A stretch of 64,000 nt of DNA from Escherichia coli (lineage in GTDB: Bacteria; Pseudomonadota; Gammaproteobacteria; Enterobacterales; Enterobacteriaceae). The position numbers and the translations under genes were made by a program. Position 1 is the first letter of the stretch. Every line of letters starts with the position of its first letter. The stretch is from the NCBI RefSeq assembly GCF_044324785.1, contig NZ_CP172127.1; one strand, written 5' to 3'. Below are positions 44,732-56,472 of the stretch, piece after piece. The notes below the pieces were generated by a model, which saw only the letters and a list, made by a program, of their open reading frames with translations, ran no database searches and was not told the origin of the DNA.

Positions 44732-46840
44732 TTAATTTCGGTTTCGGGTGACTTTAATCACGTCTGGCATCACGCGGATTTTGCGCATGATATTCGCCAG
44801 ATGCACACGGTCACGGGCGGTCAGACGAATAAAGGCGCTGTAGACGCGACCATCTTTCTCTTCCGTATTCAAACTTTGAATATTCGAGGTGGTGGTGTTA
44901 ATTGCCGCTGTCAGGTTTGCCAGCGCGCCCTGATGATTGAACATCTCCACCTTGATTTCGGTGATGAACTCCTGCGCCGTCTCTTTATCCCATTCCACAG
45001 CCATAAACTTCTCTGGCTCTTTCTGGTAGCCACGGATGTTACGGCAGGATTCATGGTGGATCACCAGACCTTTACCGGGGCTGACGTGGGCGATAATCGG
45101 GTCGCCAGGAATAGGGCGGCAGCATTTCGCAAAGGTGATCAGCACGCCATCGGCACCTTTAATGGGCAGATGTCCGTGACTTTGGGTTGCCGGTGGAATG
45201 GAGGCGTCCCCATGTTGCAGATTTTTCGCGACCACCACGCTCATTGCGTTACCAAGGCCGATTTCAGCCAGCAGATCGTCAAGCGTAGCCAGCTTCATGC
45301 GATCCAGCTCGCGCTGAATATTTTCCTGCGGGATTTCATTGAGCTTACGGCTACCCCCCAACGCATGGTTGAGCAGACGACGGCCCAGACTAACAGAATC
45401 ATCACGCTTGAGGTTTTTCAGCAACTGACGAATTTTTGCGCGCGCTTTCGAGCTGACGACAAAGTTCAGCCACGCGGCATTCGGGCGAGCGCCCGGTGCG
45501 GTAATGATTTCAACGGTTTGACCGCTGGTCAGCGGCTGCGACAGCGGGTAAGGCTGACGGTCGACACGCGCGCCCACGCAGGCATGACCGATATCGGTAT
45601 GCACTGCATAAGCGAAGTCGACGGGCGTTGCACCGGCAGGCAGTTCGACAATGCGCCCTTCCGGTGTGAAAACGTAAATCTCATCCGGGAAGAGATCGGA
45701 TTTAACGCTCTCGATAAATTCAAACGAGCTACCGGCACTCTGTTGCAGCTCCAGCAGGCTTTGCATCCAGCGCTGGGCGCGGATTTGCGCGGTGGTGCTG
45801 GTTTCGCCGTGCTCTTTATAAGCCCAGTGCGCGGCAACACCCATCTCTGCCATCTGATCCATATCTTCGGTACGGATCTGGACCTCAACCGGTACGCCGT
45901 GCGGGCCAATCATCGAGGTGTGCAAAGACTGATAGCCGTTCGCTTTTGGAATGGCGATGTAGTCTTTCACGCGACCCGGACGCGGCTTGTACAGGCTATG
46001 CATTTGCCCGAGCACGCGATAACAGGTGTCGGAATCATTGACGATCACGCGGAAAGCGTAGATGTCCATGATTGAGTGAAAACGCTGCTCTTTGAGCACC
46101 ATTTTGCAGTAAATCGAATAAAGATGCTTTTCGCGACCACTGACGCGGCACGGTATTCCCGCTTCCTGCAAACGCCCTTCGATTTCAGAAAGAATCTTCT
46201 GGATCATCTCTTTACGGTTGCCGCGCGCGGCTTTCACCACTTCTTTGATTACGCGATAACGGTTGGGATACAGCGCCTCAAAACCCAGCTCTTCGAGTTC
46301 GGTTTTAATGTGGTGGATACCTAAACGGTGCGCCAACGGGCTGTAAATTTCGAGAGTTTCACGGGCGATGCGGCGACGTTTGTCCGGGCGAAGTGAGCCC
46401 AGCGTGCGCATGTTGTGGGTACGGTCGGCAAGTTTGATGAGAATGACGCGGATATCCTGCACCATCGCCATAATCATCTTGCGAAAGTTTTCGGCCTGCG
46501 CCTCTTTCTTATCGCGGAACTTGAGTTTATCAAGTTTCGACACCCCCTCTACCAGCTCGGCGACGCTTTTACCAAAAAGCTGTTCCATGTCCTGGTAGGT
46601 GGCGGGTGTATCTTCAATCACGTCATGCAGCAGCGCCGCCATCAGCGTTTCATAGTCGAGTTTCATCTCGGCCAGAATGCAGGCAACCGCCACCGGGTGC
46701 GTGATATAGGGTTCACCGCTTGAACGTGTTTGCCCCTCGTGAGCATCACGTGCAACGAGATACGCCTGCCGCAGACGCTTGATTTGGTCTTCCGGCAGGT
46801 AGGTTTGAATCAGTTGATTCAGGCTTTCAAACAGATACAA
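44732..46840 (-). CDS. spoT: bifunctional (p)ppGpp synthetase/hydrolase SpoT
   Basis: 702 aa; MYLFESLNQLIQTYLPEDQIKRLRQAYLVARDAHEGQTRSSGEPYITHP…. Confidence 0.95.
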   Translation of the reverse strand: MYLFESLNQLIQTYLPEDQIKRLRQAYLVARDAHEGQTRSSGEPYITHPVAVACILAEMKLDYETLMAALLHDVIEDTPATYQDMEQLFGKSVAELVEGVSKLDKLKFRDKKEAQAENFRKMIMAMVQDIRVILIKLADRTHNMRTLGSLRPDKRRRIARETLEIYSPLAHRLGIHHIKTELEELGFEALYPNRYRVIKEVVKAARGNRKEMIQKILSEIEGRLQEAGIPCRVSGREKHLYSIYCKMVLKEQRFHSIMDIYAFRVIVNDSDTCYRVLGQMHSLYKPRPGRVKDYIAIPKANGYQSLHTSMIGPHGVPVEVQIRTEDMDQMAEMGVAAHWAYKEHGETSTTAQIRAQRWMQSLLELQQSAGSSFEFIESVKSDLFPDEIYVFTPEGRIVELPAGATPVDFAYAVHTDIGHACVGARVDRQPYPLSQPLTSGQTVEIITAPGARPNAAWLNFVVSSKARAKIRQLLKNLKRDDSVSLGRRLLNHALGGSRKLNEIPQENIQRELDRMKLATLDDLLAEIGLGNAMSVVVAKNLQHGDASIPPATQSHGHLPIKGADGVLITFAKCCRPIPGDPIIAHVSPGKGLVIHHESCRNIRGYQKEPEKFMAVEWDKETAQEFITEIKVEMFNHQGALANLTAAINTTTSNIQSLNTEEKDGRVYSAFIRLTARDRVHLANIMRKIRVMPDVIKVTRNRN

Positions 46841-46858
46841 GGGCGACCCGCTTTGTGA

Positions 46859-47134
46859 TTAACGACGACCTTCAGCAATAGCGGTAACGGCTTGTAATTC
46901 AGCGGCTTCCTGCTCTTGCTGTTCCTGGCGTTCGCGAACGTCGAGGATCTGGTTGTTGATCAGACCTTCTTCGATTTCGCGCAGCGCGATTACAGTGGTT
47001 TTATCGTTTTCTTCCGGTACCAGCGGATCCTTTCCGCCTACCTGCATCTGACGAGCGCGACGCGCGGCGACCAGTACCAGGTCAAAACGGTTACCAATTT
47101 TCTCTACAGCGTCCTGAACAGTTACGCGTGCCAT
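46859..47134 (-). CDS. rpoZ: RNA polymerase omega subunit
   Basis: 91 aa; [31 protein letters not shown]…. Confidence 0.92.
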
Positions 47135-47188
47135 ACTTAAAAAGCTCCACAGGTGAAGAAATGACTGGGCATGATACTGAAATCAGGT

Positions 47189-47976
<788 letters not shown>

Positions 47977-47977
47977 C

Positions 47978-50366
<2,389 letters not shown>

Positions 50367-50676
50367 GGTTCTCTCCCTAAAAATCTGTCTGGCAGGGTAG
50401 CGATTTGTGCGCATTGTCACGATTGAGATTTTTTAAGGTGAGAGGAAATTGATAATTTTTAGTTATGTGAAATCGTTGTTTTCTGTAGCGTAGATGCATT
50501 CTTCTGACTTCTTGTCTGAGAAAATGCATAAGAAAAAGTAGGTTAAAACTGAGGGGTGGAAAAGAAAGGTGCAATGTTAGCCATTGTGTTCACTGCACCT
50601 GGACCTTGGCTTACGCATCGGGTGTCTCAATCATCAAAAAGAGTTTTTAGTTTCTGCTATTTCTTCTCTGTAATTT

Positions 50677-50946
50677 TTACACTGTTTTCCAACTGCTTGA
50701 TGCTGACCTGCGGGGTCGGCAACTTAATACAACCATTTTGGTGGTTTCAACGAAATGGTCAGATGCAGCTTGATTGCTGGCTTCGCACGCTTGAGTCGCG
50801 CGGGCCAGTACCTTTTGAAAATTGCGCCAGTCCCGATAATCCAGTAACGGTGCCAATTCTCTCGCTGACCAAAATTCTTGCCCTTCAGTGCCATAATGCC
50901 GTATTTCTTCAAAAGGTTGATGATGTTCGTTCATTGCCCACTCCAT
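50677..50946 (-). pseudogene. dinD: truncated DNA-damage-inducible gene (dinD-like 5' portion)
   Basis: 89-codon ORF (…MNEHHQPFEEIRHYGTEGQEFWSARELAPLLDYRDWRNFQKVLARA…) at the position dinD holds next to yicG in E. coli K-12, with a LexA box upstream; too short for a full-length gene. Confidence 0.4.
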
Positions 50947-50979
50947 GTGATATCGATTGCAAGGAAAGTAAGTCTACAA

Positions 50980-50995
50980 CTGTGTTTATATACAG
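50980..50995. promoter_or_regulatory. LexA (SOS) box
   Basis: aaCTGTgtttatatACAGtt: CTGT-N8-ACAG with AT-rich spacer, 35-50 bp upstream of the dinD-like start. Confidence 0.55.
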
Positions 50996-51683
50996 TTGTG
51001 AGTATCTCACGTTCTCACTGCGCTGGGCAAAAAAACATCGCAAAATCTGGAGCAGGCACGCAAAACAGAATTGAATGTTGCGGGGAGGAAAAATGCCGCT
51101 CTGTTTGAGTGGACGGCATTTGTGAAGGCTGAAAAGGAAGAATTGGCGTTACGAGTTATTCGATGTTGGATCTGTTTGTAGAGTATTGGCTTCAATGCCG
51201 CATTGTAGCTGGTTTCTTCCTAATGCGATTTTTGATTATGTACACCCTTATGTACACGGTTTTTTCGGGTGCTTTGGTCAGAAGCCATTGCCTACATCCC
51301 TCACGATCGAGGTGTGTAACCATGTTCAGGCTTGTTGTCCTGCGCGCGCGTATTGCTCGTGAAATTGCTGTACCCAATAGTGATGTCCGAAAAAACCTCC
51401 GTTCTCACATGAAACAGCCATATGCAACTGGTAACTGAACAGACTGGTAGACCGTTCGTTCAGTAAATACCTGATATTTTCGCCAACGAGAAATTGCGTT
51501 GGCTGGCAGGGTGCAAATTTGCACGATGGACTAACCCATTGATTCTTTCGAAAACCCCCATTGGGGGAAAAGCCTAACCCATTGGTTTTCCCACAATCCT
51601 CAATTTGAGGAATGTACCTAAAACCATTTTTATAGCTCCGATCCCTTCAAAGTGAGGGGTAATTTGCCAAAACAGAGAGAGCA

Positions 51684-51971
51684 TTACTGTCTCTGGCAAT
51701 CTTTATCGCGATAACGCCTGAAGTACCCTCTCGCTTCCTCATCCATACCAAGAGCCGAATGAGTCCGCTTAACTGCCTGTCTTAAATCTCCGAATCTGTC
51801 TGTAGTTGCTGGTGGGCGTGCCGCCTTACGGATACATTCAGAGCGTCTGTTTGCTGCATGTTCACGTTCTTTATCGCCATCTGCCAGCATCATGACTTCT
51901 GCCCATCGTGCGGCAGCTCTCCGGTATAGCCCTTTTGACTCCAGCTCTTCAGCTTTCCTGTCCCTTATCAT
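51684..51971 (-). CDS. PerC-family transcriptional regulator-like protein
   Basis: 95 aa; MIRDRKAEELESKGLYRRAAARWAEVMM… resembles PerC/Pch-type activators as I recall them. Confidence 0.45.
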   Translation of the reverse strand: MIRDRKAEELESKGLYRRAAARWAEVMMLADGDKEREHAANRRSECIRKAARPPATTDRFGDLRQAVKRTHSALGMDEEARGYFRRYRDKDCQRQ

Positions 51972-52007
51972 TTCTGCCTCTCAGATTATATAGATAAGCA
52001 AAAAGGT

Positions 52008-52128
52008 GTTGGTTCAGTTGGTTCAGTTGGTTCAATTTGTAAAGATCGTTGTTTTTATTGTGTTTTTTCTGAAATGTTGAACCAACATCAACTCATTTTG
52101 AACCAACACAGTCCAGCTCTGAACCAAC
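52008..52128. repeat. iteron block A: three contiguous GTTGGTTCA 9-mers plus three inverted copies (TGAACCAAC) at 21-bp spacing
   Basis: 9-mers at 52008, 52017, 52026; reverse copies at 52078, 52099, 52120. Confidence 0.75.
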
Positions 52129-52230
52129 AACACAGCGATAGCTTTGTGATTGGTCCGTTATTTTCTGGTTGATATTTGAGCGTATAACAGTGTTATACAG
52201 TGGTATACTGTATGGATATTACTCACTGAT

Positions 52231-52674
52231 ATGGTCTTTGCAATGAGCAAATCTAATCTGGTCGCGTTCCGCATCCCATCTGAATTGCAGGATGAGTTTA
52301 ATCGGTCTGTTCTCGCTTCTGGAGGGGATAAAACCTCCTGGCTTGTTGATGCGATTCGCATGAAGCTGGGACAGCCGGAAAAGTCTATTGATTCACGAAT
52401 GCTTGGGCTGGTGGAGCGCATGGAAAAAGCCGCTGCGTCGCTTATTGCCGGAAAGCCGAACATCCCACCAAAGCTATATAACGAAACGGCAGTTATAAAG
52501 ATCATTGCCGATACCATCCGACAGGGATTTGATAATGGGCGTGTGATAGCGGAACGGCTCAATGAAGCAGGCTATCAAACAAAAGCTGGTAAAGCATGGG
52601 ATAAAGACATTTACAGCGCGTGGAAGCGTCAGGGAAGCAATGCTGAAAAGTTATCAGTGGCTCTAAGAATGTAG
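52231..52674 (+). CDS. ribbon-helix-helix (Arc/Mnt-like) DNA-binding protein with C-terminal extension
   Basis: N-terminus SKSNLVAFRIPSELQDEFNRSVLASGGDKTSWLVDAIRMKL parallels Arc (FNLRWP…) and Mnt (FNFRMP…); C-terminal LNEAGYQTKAGKAW motif. Confidence 0.5.
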   Translation: MVFAMSKSNLVAFRIPSELQDEFNRSVLASGGDKTSWLVDAIRMKLGQPEKSIDSRMLGLVERMEKAAASLIAGKPNIPPKLYNETAVIKIIADTIRQGFDNGRVIAERLNEAGYQTKAGKAWDKDIYSAWKRQGSNAEKLSVALRM

Positions 52675-52690
52675 CCCTATATTTTGATTT

Positions 52691-53068
52691 TTAGACGTGC
52701 TTGGAGAACAGGTAGCGTGCCATCACTAAAACAATGCCAAAGACTTCAGCGAGGGTTCCCCCCATAAATAGGTTTATAACGAAATCACTAAAATGGAGCA
52801 GTTTTGCTCCAATAAGGACAAAAATCCCATTCATAACTAATAGCTGGCCTATCAGAATGCCGATAAACCACCGAGCAAACATTTTTTTCAGTTTTGTGTC
52901 TGTTTTTAAATCTTTTGTTTTTGCACGCTGATGGGCTTTGGCTGGATCCTCATCATTTAGATGTGTGAGGGTTTTTGCTGATGGAGATGAGCCAGAGGCT
53001 GGTTCACCTCTGGCTTGTCTTGCCGCTTGCTTTAGTTTTTCAGATATAGCGTAAGATCTAGACGTCAT
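52691..53068 (-). CDS. small membrane protein (basic N-terminal region plus two predicted TM helices)
   Basis: 125 aa; Lys-rich first ~65 aa then WFIGILIGQLLVMNGIFVLIGA and FVINLFMGGTLAEVFGIVLVMA; 3-bp gap after the peptidase gene. Confidence 0.5.
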   Translation of the reverse strand: MTSRSYAISEKLKQAARQARGEPASGSSPSAKTLTHLNDEDPAKAHQRAKTKDLKTDTKLKKMFARWFIGILIGQLLVMNGIFVLIGAKLLHFSDFVINLFMGGTLAEVFGIVLVMARYLFSKHV

Positions 53069-53071
53069 TAC

Positions 53072-53560
53072 TCATCGAAGCCCTAAATTCTTTAGGCGAT
53101 AACGTATAGCATCATCGGATACACCAAAATAGGAAGCCATCATTACTGGTGCATATCCTGCATTGTTGAGGCGTCGAACCTCTTTTTCTGGCATGAGAAG
53201 ACATGCTGCAAAGTTATTGGCGAATATTTCTTCGCTGTCTACACCTTGGCTTGCCAGTTTTCCGCGGTAATCAACAAACTCATATTCAAGTGGCTGACCG
53301 TTCTCAGTTCGTTTGACGTAATGCCCTAACTCATGCGCACACGTAAATCGTTTGCGCACGTTACTATCATTACGATTGAGTATGATTACTGGATCTTGTT
53401 CTGGCTCTTTCAGCAATGCGCCTGAAACATCATCATCAAGCGTGGTTTCAACAACATCCAACCCTAACTCATTGGCAATCCATACTGGATCAACCGGGAA
53501 TTTCCTATCGCCCCAGATATCTTTCAAGAGGGCATGTGCAGATGTATTCGACATGTTCAC
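53072..53560 (-). CDS. ImmA/IrrE-family (M78-like) zinc metallopeptidase
   Basis: 162 aa with HEXXH motif in …FTCAHELGHYVKR… and ImmA-like N-terminal region. Confidence 0.7.
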   Translation of the reverse strand: MNMSNTSAHALLKDIWGDRKFPVDPVWIANELGLDVVETTLDDDVSGALLKEPEQDPVIILNRNDSNVRKRFTCAHELGHYVKRTENGQPLEYEFVDYRGKLASQGVDSEEIFANNFAACLLMPEKEVRRLNNAGYAPVMMASYFGVSDDAIRYRLKNLGLR

Positions 53561-53641
53561 CTCCTTTGATTATGGTTAAATAGTCGAAATTTTCACCACT
53601 TCCCTTGTGGATATATTTACATATAAAAGGTGGATTTGCCC

Positions 53642-54547
53642 CTATATTTCCAGACACCTGTTATCACTTAACCCATTACTGGCCTGCTGCCGCAGATATT
53701 CCCGTGGCGAGCGATAACCCAGTGCACTATGCGGATGCCATTCGTTATAATGCTCGAACGCCTCTGCAAGGTTCTTTGCTGCCGTTAACCCGTCTGGTTT
53801 AGGCATGATACTGATGTAGTCACGCTTTATCGTTTTCACGAAGCTCTCTGCTATGCCGTTACTCTCCGGACTCCGCACCGCCGTGTTCTTCGGTTCAAGC
53901 CCCAACATCCGGGCAAACTGCCGTGTTTCATTAGCCCGGTAGCATGAACCATTATCCGTCAGCCACTCTACTGGAGACGCCGGAAGCTCGTTGCCGAAGC
54001 GGCGTTCCACCGCTCCCAGCATGACGTCCTGTACTGTTTCACTGTCGAAGCCGCCCGTAGTGACTGCCCAGTGCAGTGCCTCACGGTCACAGCAGTCCAG
54101 CGCGAACGTGACTCGCAGTTTTTCTCCGTTATCACAGCGGAACTCGAACCCGTCAGAGCACCATCGTTGATTGCTTTCTTTCACGGCCACTTTGCCAGTA
54201 TGTGCCCGTTTCGATGGCGGTACAGCGGTTTTTCGCTCAAGCAACAGCGCATTCTGGCGCATGATCCGGTAAACACGTTTGGCATTGATCGCAGGCATAC
54301 CATCAAGTTCGGCCTGTCTGCGAAGCAGCGCCCATACCCGACGATAACCATACGTGGGCAGCTCTCCGATAACATGGTGTATACGGAGAAGCACATCCGT
54401 ATCATCTGAGTGACGGCTGCGGCGACCATCTTTCCAGTCATCGGTTCGTCTGAGAATTACGTGCAACTGCGCACGCGACACCCGGAGACAACGGCTGACT
54501 AAGCTTACTCCCCATCCCCGGGCAATAAGGGCGCGTGCGCTATCCAC
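53642..54547 (-). CDS. insD: IS2 transposase OrfB (InsD)
   Basis: 301 aa; matches InsD as recalled (…[32 protein letters not shown]…). Confidence 0.9.
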
Positions 54548-54870
54548 TTTTTTGCACGCCCGTATTCAACGGCTTCTTTAAGGAGTTCATTTTCCATCGT
54601 TTTTTTGCCGAGCAGGCGCTGGAGTTCTTTAATCTGCTTCATGGCAGCAGCAAGTTCAGAGGCAGGAACGACCTGCTCTCCTGCGGCCACAGCAGTAAGA
54701 CTTCCCTCCTGGTATTGCTTGCGCCAGAGAAATAACTGGCTGGCTGCCACACCGTGTTGCCGGGCAACAAGGGAGACCGTCATTCCCGGTTCAAAACTCT
54801 GCTGAACAATAGCGATCTTTTCCTGTGTAGTACGCCGTCTGCGTTTCTCCGGTCCTAAGACATCAATCAT
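54505..54870 (-). CDS. insC: IS2 transposase OrfA (InsC)
   Basis: [56 protein letters not shown]… ; track ORF begins 54915. Confidence 0.9.
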
Positions 54871-55839
54871 CTGCTCTCCAATGACTAGTCTAAAAACTAG
54901 TATTAAGACTATCACTTATTTAAGTGATATTGGTTGTCTGGAGATTCAGGGGGCCAGTCTAAAAGGTAACTAGTCACTAACCAACACAAATCTTTTTGAA
55001 GATAGATGGGGGGTGTTGAACGGTTTTTAAATGATTTCTTTGATTTTTAACAGCAATAAGGAGCATTTTTAATGAAATTAGACGTTGATAATAACTTTTT
55101 GAGCAATCTTTACATATCATGGTAGCCTTCTATGCTGTTTTTCCAACTAAAAGATTGGCACATTTATCCGCTGGTAGTGGCGTTTTTTCGCCGCCAGCGC
55201 CTCTCTGGTTCCATTCCTTACATCTGTTCAAATTCAGCAACCCTTGCCGCGATCTTGCCGTTATCGAGAAGCTCTTTCGCTTTTCGGTTAATACTATCGG
55301 TCTTCATATTGCCAGCAGCATACGCCATCCGATAATTTCGATGCTACGCGCGCGTACTTGTCGCAAAATATCAGGCAAAGGCCAGATTCAGAACGTCGTG
55401 ATAACCACCAGCACAACATGAGAGGTCATGTAACGCGATTTATCACACCAGATACATGTGATTGGTGTACCCGCATAAAACATTGTCATAGCGCGTCCTG
55501 TGCGCATATAGGCCGATAATCAACACATCACCACCACTCTGTCTCATGTAGAGAACAGTTTTATGGTATCCCCCGCCATCGTGTGTGTACTGGTCGGACG
55601 CAGTTGCAAAACTTTTTGCAACTGATGCCCCTCGCGCGCGTACTGGTCACGAAATTGGTGTTTTGCTGTGGCAGTGATATCAGAAAAATCTTCCTGTTTC
55701 ACATAAAGCGGATATGCGCGTACTGTAACGGCCCCATCAACGGGGATCGGATTTGAAATCCCGACCCAAGCTATGTACCAAATGCCATGTCTTGGATATA
55801 TGATGATTGCCATTCTAAACAACGCTAAAGGGGGTTGGT

Positions 55840-56454
55840 GTGAGCAGAAAAGATACTAAAGAATTGCTAACTATCTGCATGGTGTACTTTTCAATTTATT
55901 TTTGTGCATACATGATAGTCCCAGATGAGTTTGAACATGGCAGTATTATTTATTCCATAACATTCTATTTTTTAGAGCTAACACCAATTTTGGCTATCCT
56001 TTTGGCAATACATATTTATTTTTCCTTAAAAAAAGAATCGACTAATTGGGAGAAGGTATGGAGAGACAGAGGATTTCTAACATCACCTAAAGATGATGCA
56101 TATGAGAGTGATTTTTCTGACTTTATAACAAACTACTACTCCAGCGAACAATTCAAAAATAGACTGTCTGATGTTTGGGAAACAGCAATGTATTCCATAG
56201 GGATTATATTATTGATACTTACTGGTATTGCTCAATATGTTTTTAACATTGACTTATCATTAAATCCTGAAAATTTAATATCGCCATTGATTTTTGGTGA
56301 GATATTGATCTTCTCATTCGGAATTTTCTTGAGTGTTGTTCTCTGCTCATTATGCAAACTACTGACTAACAGGTATCCAGGTGAAGCAAGGAGAGCAAGA
56401 AAGGCAAATCCATATTATCTTTTATTTCCTAATGGAGACAGCAGAGATATCTAA
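55840..56454 (+). CDS. AT-rich polytopic membrane protein, candidate superinfection-exclusion-type protein
   Basis: 204 aa; about four hydrophobic helices; markedly lower GC and Ile/Phe/Tyr/Asn-rich; convergent with the ejection-protein-like operon. Confidence 0.45.
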   Translation: MSRKDTKELLTICMVYFSIYFCAYMIVPDEFEHGSIIYSITFYFLELTPILAILLAIHIYFSLKKESTNWEKVWRDRGFLTSPKDDAYESDFSDFITNYYSSEQFKNRLSDVWETAMYSIGIILLILTGIAQYVFNIDLSLNPENLISPLIFGEILIFSFGIFLSVVLCSLCKLLTNRYPGEARRARKANPYYLLFPNGDSRDI

Positions 56455-56472
56455 GCCATCCATGGCTACCAG

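Larger units (their letters stand above)
53631..54961 (-). mobile_element. IS2 (IS3 family) with 5-bp target-site duplication
   Basis: Ends tggatttgcccctatatttccagacacc… (53631) and …ggagattcagggggccagtcta (54961); AAAGG at 53626-53630 and 54962-54966. Confidence 0.9.

Noticed and set aside
44435..46075. 546-aa plus-strand ORF across trmH and spoT
   Set aside because: Antisense to two highly conserved core genes; translation shows no domain-like features
50556..51074. 172-aa plus-strand ORF
   Set aside because: Overlaps the dinD-like fragment and its LexA box on the opposite strand; Cys/Phe/Trp-rich translation typical of a non-coding frame
52008..52128. Possible CRISPR array suggested by tandem short repeats
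   Set aside because: Repeat unit is only 9 bp with no unique spacers and no cas genes; the pattern fits iterons, not CRISPR
55119..55421. 100-aa ORF in the non-coding stretch right of IS2
   Set aside because: No ribosome-binding context and atypical composition; the region looks like degraded remnant DNA with short disrupted frames
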